Below, in pieces: positions 1 to 13,191 of a stretch of 64,000 bases of DNA. The translations under genes and the position numbers were made by a program. Position 1 is the stretch's first letter, and every line of letters starts with the position of its first letter. Where the stretch lies: assembly GCA_964234715.1 (NCBI GenBank), contig OZ174280.1; one strand, written 5' to 3'. Under the pieces are notes generated by a model. It made no database searches. It saw nothing but the letters and a program-made list of their open reading frames with translations, and was not told where the DNA came from. The stretch comes from Podarcis melisellensis. Lineage: Eukaryota.

Positions 1-1484
1 GCAGAATAAAGACCTACATCAGGAACAAGGCTGGTAGGAGACTAGCAGCACCTCCCCAGAGACTGATATAGAGGCAGCATTGTGGGGGCTGCCGAGGAGG
101 CGACAGATCCAGCCCCCACGGAGCATGCTGCAGCTGTCGTTGCCACCACAACAGCAACAGCAGGTGATGCATTCCTTGGAAGCTGGATCTGCTGCCCCTG
201 TGAATCCTGCCACCTGAAGCATTTGCCTCACCTTGTCTCATGGATGGGCTGACCCTGGTAGCCAGGATCAAACCATTAGGCAGGGCTTAAGAACTAATCA
301 GTAAGATAAAAAAATCAAAGTGCAAAAGAGCATGTTGGTCAGACAAAGTTCCATGGAGAGAGGTAACCCTCTTAATACTCTTTCCTCCTGAGAAAGAGCC
401 AATGGCCAGCTTTGGCATAGTAATTCAGGAAAATTATTGCCTGAGAAGATGTAGTGATAGTGCTCACCGCATTACGACTATCACTTTACTCAGAAGCCAT
501 AGTGATGCAATTTGCAACATAGGACAATTGTCAGCATTTCCTGATATGCTACCACCAACCAATGTTTAGGGTGATCTTCAGTGGCATGCTAAGAGTCAAT
601 TGTCAGTTTACTATAAATTGACATGGCTGAAAGTCACATGGACAGAATTTCCCCATGGTTAGATAAATATAATCTATTGAGAATTAATGTGTTTTGGATA
701 GTTGGGTGCATCCACAAGCTTCTTTCCCCCATGGCTGCCACAGATTATTGTCAGAATCAGCATTGAGAGTACTTGGAGATTTGCATTAGTTCATTAATGT
801 TAACTTAGTGCTTTTGCATAATCTAGCACAGATCAGATGCTTTAGCCTTCACTGGGTTGTCATTCCCATTTGTTAAAAAATGACAAATCATACTCACTCT
901 CCAAAACAAATCACAATAATTCCTTTATTGAAGCACTACTTTGTTCTCCTTGAAATGTTCCCATGATGCCTATATAAAAATGGACAAAGACTGGGTGGCA
1001 GGTCAAAAGGGATCACTGATCACTTGTATTGCTCCACTCTTTCCTCAGAGTAACTGTAATTTTTTTACCATTTGCTTTTCTCCTCCTGTATTTAGGCTTT
1101 GAGAAGGGCGATATTTCATACTCTGTAGGTTGTCTGATGCAATCATCCCCAGGTCTGTGGCTGGGATTCCTGAAGGATTATAGCTTTGCTTAAAAGTAAT
1201 ATTTTTATTTCCTTTGTGCTTTTCAAGCCCTTAGCGTTACACCATAGTTGGGTTTCGAACAATTCTCTACCATATGGAAGAGAAAACATGAACTTGTTCC
1301 TCTTAAGGCTGTGCTTCTCAAATGTTTTGAACTTGGCCCCATTTCTAAAACTGCTGCACCTTCTGCCAGCACCAACCATCTGCTGAGCACACAGATATCC
1401 TTGTATGCATCTGAGTACATGCATTCTGCCACAGTGCATGGAGATCTATGTATCAAGAAGAAAGGATATTAAATATTACTTCTG

Positions 1485-2055
1485 TTACTTAGTTGGTAGA
1501 GCATAAGACTCTTAGGGTTGTGTGTTCAAGCCCCACGTTGGGCAAAAGATTCCTGCATTGCTGGGGTTTGGACTATATGACCCTCATGTTGTTGTTTAGT
1601 CGTTTAGTCGTGTCCGAATCTTCGTGACCCCATGGACCAGAGCACGCCAGGCACTCCTGTCTTCCACTGCCTGGTCAAACTCATGCTGGTAGCTTCGAGA
1701 ACACTGTCCAACCATCTCGTCCTCTGTCGTCCCCTTCTCCTTGTGCCCTCAATCTTTCCCAACATCAGGGTCTTTTCCAGGGAGTCTTCTCTTCTCATGA
1801 GGTGGCCAAAGTATTGGAGCCTCAGCTTCATGATCTGTCCTTCCAGTGAGCACTCAGGCTGATTTCCTGAAGAATGGATAGGTTTGATCTTCTTGCAGTC
1901 CATGGGACTCTTAAGAGTCTCTTCCAGCACCATAATTCAAAAGCATCAATTCTTCGGCGATCAGCCTTCTTTATGGTCCAGCTCTCACTTCCATACATCA
2001 CTACCGGGAAAACCATAGCTTTAGGCCCCTTCCACCTCTACAATGCTGTGAATCT
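1485..2055 (+). mobile_element. tRNA-derived SINE with CR1-type 3' tail, split by a Bov-B insertion (pieces about 1485-1587 and 2023-2055)
   Basis: A-box-like TTAGTTGGTAGAGC and B-box-like GTTCAAGCCC. The CR1-type tail GGACTATATGACCCTC resumes after the insert as GGCCCCTTCCACCTCTACAAT. A related copy lies on the - strand near 34050. Confidence 0.7.
1588..2022 (-). mobile_element. 5'-truncated Bov-B (RTE) LINE, 3' end
   Basis: Two overlapping - strand frames give VFPVVMYGSESWTIKKADRRRIDAFELWCWKRLLRVPWTARRSN and LQYFGHLMRREDSLEKTLMLGKIEGTRRRGRQRTRWLD, the characteristic RTE/Bov-B C-terminus with one frameshift. It ends in GGACACGACTAAACGACTAAACAACAAC. Confidence 0.93.
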
Positions 2056-2374
2056 ATTACCCTTTGCCTGCTCCATCTAGACAGACAGATGACAAAGGTG
2101 TAATTTAGGGAGTCCAGCAAATTTAATTTCCCACCTGTATTCCAGGCTACATATGTTTATTATGTACTCAGAAGTTCTTATATCTCTGGCCCATTTACTC
2201 GGTCCACACTTGGACAAGACATGATTGTATCTGATTAAATGGATCTAGGTGCTAGATTTGTATGTTTGTATTGCAAAGAGCTCCAAACTGGCTGTGAAGA
2301 GCTCCAAAATAACAAATGAGCTTCACTGCGAAAAATTATGCGAGACACAAAGGAGCAAAAAATCCTTACTTCAA

Positions 2375-3183
2375 ATATATAATGAAGAGGTTCAAGCTGG
2401 AAGTAACTGACCAGAAAGGGATTTTGGGGTCAGGGTGGACAGTTCCATTAAAATGTCAACCCAGTGTGCAGCAGCTGTGAAAATCAAATTTATTAGGAAT
2501 CACTAGGAATGGGTTAAAAATAAATACTGTTTACAAATCTATAGTGTAACCGAGCTTGGAATATTAGTTGCCATGCTTAAAAATGACATTGTAAAGCTGG
2601 AAAAGGTGCAGAAAGGGGGGGGCAAAGTGATCAGGGAATTGGAACAACTTGCAAAGAAGAAAGGTTACAAAGCTTGGGGCTAATTAGTTTAGGGGGAAAG
2701 GTGACTAAGGGAGGGTATGTTATAAATGTATTAAGGCTTTGCATAATGGGGGGGGGGAGTGCTCAGAGATGTGTTTTTCTCTTTGTCCATAATACTAGAA
2801 TCTAGAATAAAGAAATTAATGGAATCAGTTCAATAATCTGGAATGATGTGAGATTCAAGAGAGTCAAAACACTATACTTTTTCAGACAGCCCATAGTTAA
2901 AGCTATGGAATTTGCTTCCACAACATATGGTGAACATAAAAGGGGAATTAGATAAATTCATGGAGGATAAGGCCATCAATTGCTATTAATCATGATGGCT
3001 ATGTAACACTTTAAGGATCAGAGGCAGTAGGCCCCTGAGTACCAGTTGAAGGAAGATGATGGCCTCACAGAGTAGTTGCGTCCTACTTTTCAACTTCCAC
3101 TGGGGTACCTGGTGGAGAAACAGGATGCTGAATTCAAAGGGTCTTTTGTCTGATTTAGTAGGGCTCTTTTTTTACATTCTTAG
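2375..3183 (+). mobile_element. Degenerate CR1 LINE 3' portion
   Basis: CR1-type motifs CAGTGTGCAGCAGCTGTGAAAA, CTGGAAAAGGTGCAGAAA, TTAGATAAATTCATGGAGGATAAGGCCATCAAT and AAACAGGATGCTG. The last two recur at 59767-60011. Confidence 0.8.
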
Positions 3184-4829
3184 ATTCACCAGCATAAAGT
3201 TATAATTATATGCTTCTCTGTTTAAAAAATGCCTAAAAAATAAATAAATAGTGACAATTGTTTTTTAAAGGAACCCCAGAAAAATCTCTTTAATTACACC
3301 TTTTTTCATTTAATCTTTAATATCTACATGAGTGGGCTTTCAAATCTTGATAGTCTTTCTTCACCACCACTTCATCCCTGAATTATGAATTTATCACTGA
3401 CAGGCAGGCTTTGTGGGGCTGGCATAGAGGAGAGAGGAGGAGGAGGAAATAACAGGGCTTGCTTGGTTTCACATATTGATCTGAAAGGCTGAAACTGAAA
3501 AACTAATTCCTCCTGGATTCCTATCCACCCAGAGCAGAAGTGGTTTCATTGAGTTGAAGGCTTGGATTCTTATTGTATTACAAAAGATCAGAGACCGACA
3601 GAGTATCATGAACGTTCCTTGCTTCAGTATGTTAGGTTTAGATACCATCTGTTATTTTTTGGGATTTAGACTAGGCAACCCTAATTCCTAAATTCTGATT
3701 CTTTCCAGCAGAGGGCATGGGGCAAACACACTATTTTAGCGGGTAGTGATCTTTAAAAGCCTGTCCAAAAAACAGGGCTTAATATGAGCTAATGTTCTCT
3801 AAAGGTGGGTCCCAGAATTTGTTTTCCATCTGGAGCTCAGCCCTGGACATGTGCATTTGCATCCTGCTAAAAAAGAAGTAGCAGCTCCTGGCTTCTGCTT
3901 GCACTGATATTTCCAACAGTCCAACACAAATCATGTTTACTTGAAACACCCATCTCATGGATTTAAGTGGAATTGGCTTTGAATTAAATATGCTTAGAAT
4001 TACTAGTCTTAAAGAGATGCAGAACAGAAAATCCCTATATTACATATCACTTTCCAAGCAGGTATTTTTATACCATTAGATAACTTCCTTAGCTAGAAAA
4101 TAAGTTAATCTACTTCAGTGTCTACATTAAAACAGACTAATCAGTGTGAAGTTAATGCCAGATACTGGATCCATATCACAACTAGACTGCTTTCATATGT
4201 AGGTGTGCCAAGACCCAGTTGACATAACCACCTTGATGTAGCAGTGCAGCCACTACAAATTACCATCTCCAGCGTACTGGCCAATCTTGTGACTTCTTCA
4301 GCATGTGTTGACATGGTGACTCTGTGCACATCTTAAAGCATTTTATGTAATATACAGTCTGTGGTCTTTTCATGTGTCAGAGCATTCCCTACTTTAGGGA
4401 GAAAATTACAGCTCCTGGGGGCTTCACCACCTTATCAAAATGGTTGTGTGAATCAGCCTGTACAGTACCTGAATGCTTTCCAGTTCCTTATTTCTCTCCA
4501 GAAACAAACAGCAGAGCCAGGGGTGCAGGAGAAAGCTCTGCTTCGTTTACAGCTTCAGCCTGAAGTAGTTGCTTGGCTGTAGTAGTTGCTTTGCCTATAA
4601 AGGGAAGAAGAACTAGTCATAGTCTGCCGGTCAGTCTGGGGGGCTATGTCAGGGAAATGGTGGTTATTTGGATTCAAAGTCTTCTCTGTTCCACCCCAGC
4701 ATCAGGGCCAAACCCATGCTTTTTTTCATTTGGGTCAAAGCCTGGCAGGCCCCAGCTGTCCCCTTTTCAGCCCCTGCCATCCATGCCACCACAATGAGGT
4801 TTCCAACCACTGACCTCCTCTTGTTTGCA

Positions 4830-5500
4830 ATCACTTTTTGGTTTAAATGTTTAAAATGAAAACATAAAACAAGAATAGCAAAGTTAGCAAGATACAATAT
4901 CAAAGTGCACACAACAGTGTTGGCTACAGTGCTTCAAGATGTCACATTTCAAGTCAATAGGTAAATTACAATAAAATATAGTTATAAGCCAGAGTGGACT
5001 GAAATTACAGAGAGTTATCTTTAAGCAGAGTCTAACCTTTGAATATAACTTATTCACAATGTTATCTGAACGATGGATATGATATAAAGAGCTACTATAT
5101 TACATCAGATTTATCTCTCTTAGCAATGCTGCTAATTACTCAGTTTTGATATACCAGTCATTCTGATAATGCCATATCCCCAAATTCTGTCTAGCTGACC
5201 TTTCATGGTGAACCCTATTGTCTTCCAATATTAACCTCCTTATCTGACTGTGGAAAGGGAGTTCCATGGTATTCTAAGACCTCTCAGCTGCCCTCACATA
5301 CAGCAGAGAATTACTCCCTTCATCTGTAATGGTACTATTTTACTGTAAAATGCATACCTAATTAAAAAGGAAAAACTCCTGCCTGTAAAAGCAACAACTT
5401 TGATTCTGGAAAGGGTGATTGAGGCAAAAAACATAGCCCTGTTCTGCAAGTGAAACCTAAGCTCCAGCAAGTTCCAAGAGAGGTCTTCAATGATCAAACT
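4830..5500 (-). mobile_element. Old LINE remnant (RTE-X-like C-terminus), tentative
   Basis: The - strand gives decayed SAVCEGS*...YHGTPF, resembling the SAVLEGRY-type motif recalled from reptile RTE-X-like LINEs. Many stops; boundaries are approximate. Confidence 0.3.
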
Positions 5501-5597
5501 AAATCCACAAGTTTAATTGTATGCCTGAAAATAATACACTTGTGTTTAAACATGTGGAACATAAACTCTATATACAAAAGCTTTTGATCCTTCCAGC

Positions 5598-5756
5598 CAT
5601 AAGTGCTGGCTCCCTGGGGCCCTGGGTGCCCGAGCACCTACAAAATTCTCCATGAAAGGGCTGGGTACCCACAAATTTCGGCTCCAGGACCATGCACACT
5701 TCATGGCACCCACAGATCTGAGCACCCATGGTCATGGGGCCAAGCTGGCACTCCTG
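5598..5756. mobile_element. hAT-type MITE (159 bp)
   Basis: Imperfect TIRs CATAAGTGCTGGCT / AGCTGGCACTCCTG. 8-bp TSD CTTCCAGC (5590-5597) / CTTCTAGC (5757-5764). Internal GCACCCA repeats. Confidence 0.6.
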
Positions 5757-5784
5757 CTTCTAGCTGATGACCTGTTGTTTCTTA

Positions 5785-6161
5785 CCATATTGACCCAAAT
5801 ATAAGCCGCACCCGAATATAAGTTGCACCTTTAAAATTGGGGGGGGGGAGAAACAAAAAAGAAAAAATACCCGAATTTAAGCCTCTCCATTCCGCTCTGC
5901 TCTTGGCTGCATACTGGACAGGGGAGGGGGAAGCCGCACTGTGTTGCCTTCGGCTTTTACCCTTCCTCACTCTCTCCCTTCTTGGCCTTGGGGGAGAGGA
6001 CAGGAACCAAGCATGGGGCTGGCGCCTCTTTGCCACGCTCCTGGCGCTGTTTGCTCCATGCTCCTGGCTGCATACCATAAGGTTGCGAATATAAGCCGCA
6101 CTTTAACTCTTCATGATCGGAATTTGGGGGGAAAGTGAGGCTTATATTCAGGACAATATGA
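5785..6161. mobile_element. Non-autonomous Tc1/mariner-superfamily (Tc2-like) element
   Basis: TA dinucleotide on both flanks. TIRs CCATATTGACCCAAATATAAGCC / GGCTTATATTCAGGACAATATGA. Repeated subterminal AATATAAGCCGCAC motif. Confidence 0.75.
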
Positions 6162-6400
6162 TATTTAATGTTTTGGTTATTTGAAACAGTATATCAGAAA
6201 AGCCAAATTAGGTCAGACCAATGGTCCATCTAGCTTGCAGTCCTTTCCTTAGCAGGAACCTTCCTAAAGAAACCTAAACAGTGCCCATATCCAGGTGCTT
6301 TAGGAAGGTCTAGCTCCTAAACGTAAGGATGCACTAAAAGCAACATGATAGATGCCCATAGAACATGATGCAGCAATACACTAAACTTGTTGGGTGTTTC

Positions 6401-6428
6401 GTGTGTGTGTGTGTGTGTGTGTGTGTGT
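6401..6428. repeat. (GT)14 microsatellite
   Basis: Direct reading. Confidence 0.98.
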
Positions 6429-7680
6429 AAGTATGTTTCTAGTGGTTCAAAAGAATGTATCTGCTAAGCCCATACCCTTGCAGTGAGTTATAAAAAGGGA
6501 AGGAATGACTAGAGTCATTACATTTCTGAGTACCAAGGCTTCCTTCTTAGGAATAAGAGAATCCAGAACTGTAATATTTAATTCTTTCCTATGATTTGTC
6601 ATCACAGTAGTAGGGTATTAAAGTACCTGATTTCAAGAGCGCTTAAACATATGTTAAACTTTTCTCAAAAGGGATTATTAATTTGGATAAAGTTTCACAT
6701 GTGTTTTGAATAGTTGAAGGATTTGAAGCTCTTGTAGTCTCCTTTGGATTTGGAAAACATGTTCATAAGAAAGACTGCACTTATAATTGTCCCTGACTAA
6801 TGTGAAGTTGATATATCTAGTTCCCTCCCTCCTCCACTCTTTCTAAAGACACACAAAATTTGCACTTCTGTACATACATCACACTTCAAAAATCATGGAA
6901 TGTAATTTTAAGTGGGATTCCCCCCCCCCAAATATCCTTCCAAAGTTGGAAGTACTACTGACAGCATACTTATGAATTTGGAAATACACAAGATCACTAC
7001 CAAAAACATATAGGAATCAATTTTTATTTTAAAATATTTATATGCTGCTGTTCTAGGCAAATGTTGCTTTTGTAATATTTTAAAATAAGGTTCTGAAGCT
7101 GAAAGCTATATCTTACGTTTTGCTGACATGGAATAGTGATTGATGTGACTTCATATTCATTAAAATGTTTTCTGTGGATGGGTTGTTTGCATATCCAGCT
7201 TCTGAAACATCAAAAGACATCAGATTCAACTTGGCAAATTCATATATATGTTACACATGTAATATGAGGACTTGGCAATGGAATCCAAACCCTTTTTTCA
7301 GCTGGACTGGGTGTGCATGGGGGGAGTATATTGGGCAGAGGTGCCCCTCCACCCAGCCCAGCCAACCTCAAAGTTCAAGAGTATACAAAATAAAATGAAT
7401 ATGTGCAATTATTATTACATGTTTGACATTTGAAAAGTTGAACAAAATTATTTGAACACAATTCTGAATTCCGTAAAAAAAAGGCATGTAATTTTAATTT
7501 TTTTTAATGTACCAAATGTTGTTGACCCCATTATTTTAATGTTGAAAAAGTAATGAAATTACTTTTATATCTAATTATTTTGTGGGACTACCAGTGGCCT
7601 CCCAGTGGTCAATATCTGCTTTGCTTCATCAATAATGCTGTATCAGGTTCTTCCAGATAATCTACTGGACCCAATGTTGA

Positions 7681-7681
<1 letters not shown>

Positions 7682-7726
<45 letters not shown>
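7682..7726. repeat. (ATT)15 microsatellite
   Basis: Direct reading. Confidence 0.98.
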
Positions 7727-9634
7727 GCAGAAACCAACATGTATTCTTATCAATTTACATTTTTAAGGTTCCTGCTGAAAATACTAAATGCATCTGACTT
7801 CCTATCCTTTAGCATGCACCTATCATACTTAGCCTCGTTGTTGACATTTTTCAGTGGTATGCTTCCCTGAGTAATGTTGCTGGGACTGCCATAATATGGC
7901 CATTTGGAATAGTGCAGCTGCTCCTGCTGTTAACAAGGAAGATGTAAAGTGCCTAGAGAGTTCGCCCCCCAGCCACAGCATCTCACTGATTTCAGGGGCT
8001 TGGAATGTTGCATCATTTTTATTTTGGAATATTGTATGTGTAAAAGGGGAAAGCTTATTGCTTGGCTCATTTTATTCCCATCATCCCAAAGTTTAATCAC
8101 ATTCAGGGTGGCAGTGGGAAGGGTGATGATAAGCTAAGAGGTCTGACTCTGTGGTGACATAAAGTGTGTGGTTCATAGCAGCCCAGGAGATGTGCAAAAA
8201 CAATGGAAAATGTGCTGACCTCTGCTTAATTGCAACAGCACACTAAAAATTCTGCTTGGTTTCAGGCTTGTGGAACGCACAGTCACTATTGTGGATTTCA
8301 GCAGTTTCCGGAAAGAATGTGCTAGTCCAAAGACAACGTATTTGGATGACTTTAATGGTGAGTGTCGTTTATTGGAGGGATCCTATGCAGCATGCTTAGA
8401 ATTGGAGTCTTTGCAAGGAGTGAGTAAGGTGGGTTGTCTCAATAGATCAGGTAAGTATGAAGAGGGGAGTAGGCAGAAGAGTCGGTAGTTCTAAATTAAA
8501 TTAATTAGGTAAAGGGCTGCAGGACCAGGAAATCGAGCATGAGCAGATGGGCGGAATATGATGTAGTATCTGTGAGTTGCACATGTGAGGTGCTTTGATG
8601 AACAGACAAATTCAGCTAGCAGGAAGGAAAAGCAATACTGTATAGGAACAGGAAAGGACAGAAAAGAACCAATCACAGTAGGAGCGAAGCAAAGATACAG
8701 TAAAACTACTCGGGTCTGTGGAGGCCTATAATTTGCCAAAGACATGCAGCAGCTCATGGTTCTCTGAAGTCCACCAGTGGCTGATTAACGGGGGGGAAAT
8801 GAGACACAAACTTATAATTGTTGCACTTTTCTGTTCAGGGGACTAACTGCATTTGACTTTAGAATTTGTAAGTTTTGTTAAAATACAGGCACTTTGAAAA
8901 GGTCTAATACAACTTTATTGTTGAAATAAGAATATAAATTGTAATTGTGAACATTTCACATTTTTTAAAGAAATACATTTTAACTAAGTCAAAAAAGTAT
9001 TCAGACTAATAAACGATTTGAGAAAATATCTATAAGATTATGCAGGTAACTAAAAACTATAGCAACAGCAAATAGTTATCAATAGTTGAGAAGGCATTGC
9101 CTTGTTTTGTTATTTAATTAATGGCTGATTGAATTCAAATATTAAGGGCAACAAAATTGCTGGGTAAAACGATCTAAAATCAGAAAATCAACAAAAATAT
9201 AATTAGATAAAGCAGCACTTAAAACAATCATTTTAAAACAGATAGAAAACTACCCTTCCCCTCAAAAATCAGCAATAAGGTACCGTATTCCAGAAAAAGA
9301 AAAAGAAAAAAATCTTACAGCAAGCCAATCTAATTCAAACACATAATCCAGTGACACAATGACATACCTATGTTATACTATATATATTGCAAATATATTC
9401 CAAAACCCAATGACATCCCGTTTAAAACAAGATTTACTGGGTTAAGTCACATACATAAAATTAAAGTCATCTGTACAGCGAAAATGGAAGTTATGGGGTT
9501 TTTTTCCTCAGATGGATTTGCAATAAAGATAGGTGCCCATCATGAAGTTACATGACTTGGACACTGAGGACCTGAGTTAGGGAGGTTTGTTGGTCACCAG
9601 TTCTCCCTAGTGTTATACAGTGTTATACTGTGGA

Positions 9635-9860
9635 GGGAGCGGTGGCACTGTGGTCTAAACCACTGAGCCTCTTGGGCTTGCTGATAGGAAGGTCGGTGGT
9701 TTAAATCCATGTGACAGGGTGAACTCCTGTTGCTCTGTCCCAGCTTCTGCCAACATGACAGTTCTAATGCACACTAGTTCAAGTAGAGAAATAGGTACCA
9801 CTGCAGTGGGAGGTAAATGGCATTTCCATGCACTCCGGCTTCTGTCAAGGTGTCCTGTTG
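9635..9860 (+). mobile_element. Sauria SINE (Squam1-type), 5' two-thirds
   Basis: GGTGGCACTGTGGTCTAAACCACTGAGCCTCTTGGGCTTGCTGAT...GGTTTAAATCC...CAAGTAGAGAAATAGGTACC...GGGAGGTAAA matches the recalled Sauria SINE consensus. Confidence 0.85.
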
Positions 9861-10417
9861 CTTGATGTTTTCCTTGGGAGGGCTAGGCCCTAGTAGCCCT
9901 AGTGTAAGAGCCTCCACTGATAAGATCATCGCTAGGTGGACAGACACCAAGCTGCTTCTGAATTTCTTGCATAGAGCTGACTGCTTGGTTGAAAAAAATA
10001 AATATGTCAGTGTTCTCCCTCATCTTTATCAACTGCTCAATCATTAGCACTGAATGATCACAACTCTGCTCTGCTTCTTTGCTCTCCATGAGGACATGTT
10101 GATTTAGTCAGACTGTGTGGCATCTGTCAGTGTCTTGCATGGATTTTCTGATGCTTAATGAATTTATTTTGTAAAACAAACACCTTCTTGCAGTCCACAC
10201 ATCTATGGGTTTCTAACACATTAAAGTTGGCGTTCAGGCACAAATTATATTTTTGTTTTTACTTCCTTTTTTGGAGAATTGGCCAAATGTTTTCTCACAT
10301 TTGTTACGTGTAAAAGTTTTGTTTAAGGGTAGCATTGCTGTGAGGCTTGATTTATTACTGAGGTTTTCCCCACAAATCAGTCATTTATAAAGTCTTGCCT
10401 GTTAATAGATCTGAAGG

Positions 10418-10552
10418 CAGGCATCCCCAACCTTCGGCCCTCCAGATGTTTTGACCTACAACTCCCATGATCCCTAGCTAACAGGACCAGTGGTCAGGGA
10501 TGAGGGGAATTGTAGGCCAAAACATCTGGAGGGCCGAAGGTTGGGATGCCTG
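10418..10552. mobile_element. Palindromic hAT-type MITE (135 bp)
   Basis: About 50-bp near-perfect TIRs CAGGCATCCCCAACCTTCGGCCCTCCAGATGTTTTG / CAAAACATCTGGAGGGCCGAAGGTTGGGATGCCTG. 8-bp TSD TCTGAAGG / TCTTAAGG. Confidence 0.92.
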
Positions 10553-10714
10553 TCTTAAGGTGTTTCACAGGGGTAATTTTCACTTTAAAGTTTTCTCACA
10601 CCCAGTATACTTACAGAATTTAATTCTTGCTGGCACTTTTGGATAGATAATTACAACCTTCCATATTTTGAGTTGTATTGTAGGACAATATTGCTGTCTT
10701 TCCTGATATTCAGG

Positions 10715-11064
10715 TTTGCAGAAGCGTCTCTTCCCCCATCGTTCAGCCCAGACCCTGAGGTCCTCCTCAGAAGGTCTTCTACTGGTTCCTTCACTACGAG
10801 AAGCGAGGTTACAGGGAATGGAATCAGACAGAGGGCCTTCTCGGTAGTGGTGCCCTCTCTGTAGAACACCCTCCCTTCAGATGTCAAGAAAATAAACAAC
10901 AATCTTTTAGAAGACATCTGAAGGCAGCCCTGGATCGGGAAGTTTTTAATGTTTGATGTTTTAGTATGTTCTCAAATATGCTGTGAGCTGCCCAGAGTGG
11001 CTGGAGAAACCCAGCCAGATGGGCAGGATATAATAGCAATAATAATAATAGCAATAATAGTAAT
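10715..11064 (+). mobile_element. L2 LINE 3' end
   Basis: AGGGCCTTCTCGGTAGTGG...GAACACCCTCCC motif, 3' stem CCCAGAGTGGCTGGAGAAACCCAGCCAGATGGG and (AAT)n tail. A sister copy lies at 31121-31318. Confidence 0.8.
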
Positions 11065-12806
11065 TCCAACCAGGATTAAGCAGAGGATGTAATCCATCCC
11101 TGAGTTCCCACATTATGTTTCTCTTCAACCATCACTCATGTCTACCCTCGCATCACTCATGTTACTTGCAACGAATGTAGGCAGTGTATACCAGAAGTTT
11201 AAGGTGGATCAAATGCTTCCCTGGTGTGCATGTTTGTTGCATCATCCACAATATCTTGTCCTCATCTTCAAAATGCAGCACTGGACTTTTTGGAAGCCCT
11301 TTGGAAGCAACTTTGAACCTTGCTTAAAGAGGAGAAAGTACTTTCCATTTAATGGAAACTGCTTCTCCTGCCCTGCCCTGTTCCTTAAACTTCTGATTTC
11401 AGCAGTTTAGAGGATCAACACAAAACAGCTTCCAAAAGATAATTTCTAAAAAGTGAGAACCCTGGCTTAAAATTTGCCTAGAGTTCTCAAGAATCCTGAA
11501 GATTTTGTCAATGACCTGGAAGCACTGACATAGACCATAATCACCTGTGTGTGAGCGGCTTATCAAACAGCACTAAGCCTGGTTTCCTGTTGTTGGATAC
11601 ACCAGCTCAGATGAACAGAAAATCCCAATCCTGTCCAGGGAGCAGCAAGGCAGAGCAGTTGACTGACTGCTGCATCCCATTTCTGCTGACTCAATAGGTT
11701 AGTGTGCATTGCTTTCCAGGTTTTTTATTTTACTTCAGTTTCAGGCTGGTATAGTTGAAGAATTAGGGCTCTTTGGGGCCCCATGTGGCTGCTGATGCCC
11801 CACATCAACCCCTGGGCAAAGCTCTCCGAACCAACAGTGCTCCTATCTGGCAACAGAGGCCAGTGGAGCAGTAACAACACTCTGTCCTGCCTGCCCCACC
11901 TTCTACATTGTAAGGACATCTGATCTAGCATGCTGTTCTCACAGTGACCAACCAGATGCCTGTGGGAAAACCTCGAGCAGAGATTGGGCTCTGCTACAAT
12001 TAATACATTTTACAACAAATTCTGAACACAGGCAGTGAAGGGAGGGTGCAGTTTGCCTCATGATGCAAGTTACAGGTCAGAGAAATCCTGTCAATGATGG
12101 AGGTAAGGAGCCCATGGTCCAGACATTATGGGACTCCGGTTCGCACCCCCAACCAACATGACCAATGGTCAGGGATGAATAGAGGTGCAATCCAACAGAT
12201 TCACTATCCCTGGTACAGAAAATGGATATGGGGTTGAAAGGATTTCTTTGTATCTTAGCACAATACTTCATGTGAACATGACAGTAAAACACACAGTGTT
12301 AAAATCTTGCACCTGCCACCGATTTCTACATGCAACAAAGGACATCACCAACCTAGCCAGCTTCTAAATCTGTTTTCCAATACGTCTTACTTTCCAGTGA
12401 TGGTAAGGAATGCCATGGAATGTCGCCGAGGCAATTATATCAGTGCCTGACAAAGTTTGTTGTTCTAAGTAAGGCTGATGGTAGCTAGGTGGTGGTTCTG
12501 TGCACAAGGAAACGGTGATGAATTTGGATATGCTGTGAATCAGAAAGTCCGGAAGAAGGAGAGCTGGTAATGATGCAGTGAAACACAATAACAATTTTTA
12601 AGGGTCTGGAATTACTTTCATATGGGGAGAGACTAAAATGTATAGGGGGAAAGGGAATATGACACACAACAGTACTAGAACCAGAAGCGCCAGTTAAAAT
12701 CAATACACATAAAGTAAGTAACAAAACCAGTCTATGTAAAGAAGCCTCATATATAGCTCTGTTGGTCTCTGGAACTAACTGGTTAAAGAAACAAAACCCA
12801 CTAGAG

Positions 12807-13191
12807 CAGAGGTTTTCAACCTTTTTGATTCCACGGCTTCCTTAGCCAACTACATTCTTTCTGCAGCATCCCTGTGGGACTCTGGAAATCACTTATATCA
12901 CCCCTTGCCTGCAGAGCTGGCAGCCCCTCACCCCTTTTCGAACACTCCCTTATGGTGCTCCATCAGTCTCCTCTACTCTCAGCCCAGGTCTCTGAGCTGC
13001 CCAGCCCAAAGAGAGGCACCATTTGCCTGTGGAGCTCGTAGCCAGGGCTGCTTCAATAAACAGCTGTGCAAGCCTTTGAGAGGGCATCAGTAGGGAAAGA
13101 AAGAGGGACAAAGGCCAGTGTTGCTCACAGCACCCCTGACCATCATTCAAGGCATCCCAGTGTGCCATGGCACACTGGTTGAAAACCACTG
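12807..13191. mobile_element. Non-autonomous hAT-Charlie-type transposon (385 bp)
   Basis: 15-bp TIRs CAGAGGTTTTCAACC / GGTTGAAAACCACTG (14/15 match). Perfect 8-bp TSD CACTAGAG at 12799-12806 and 13192-13199. Confidence 0.92.

Noticed and set aside
14-271. Cys/Leu/Gln-run ORFs at the window start
   Set aside because: They arise from a CAG/CAA-rich patch, with no splice structure or recognisable protein.
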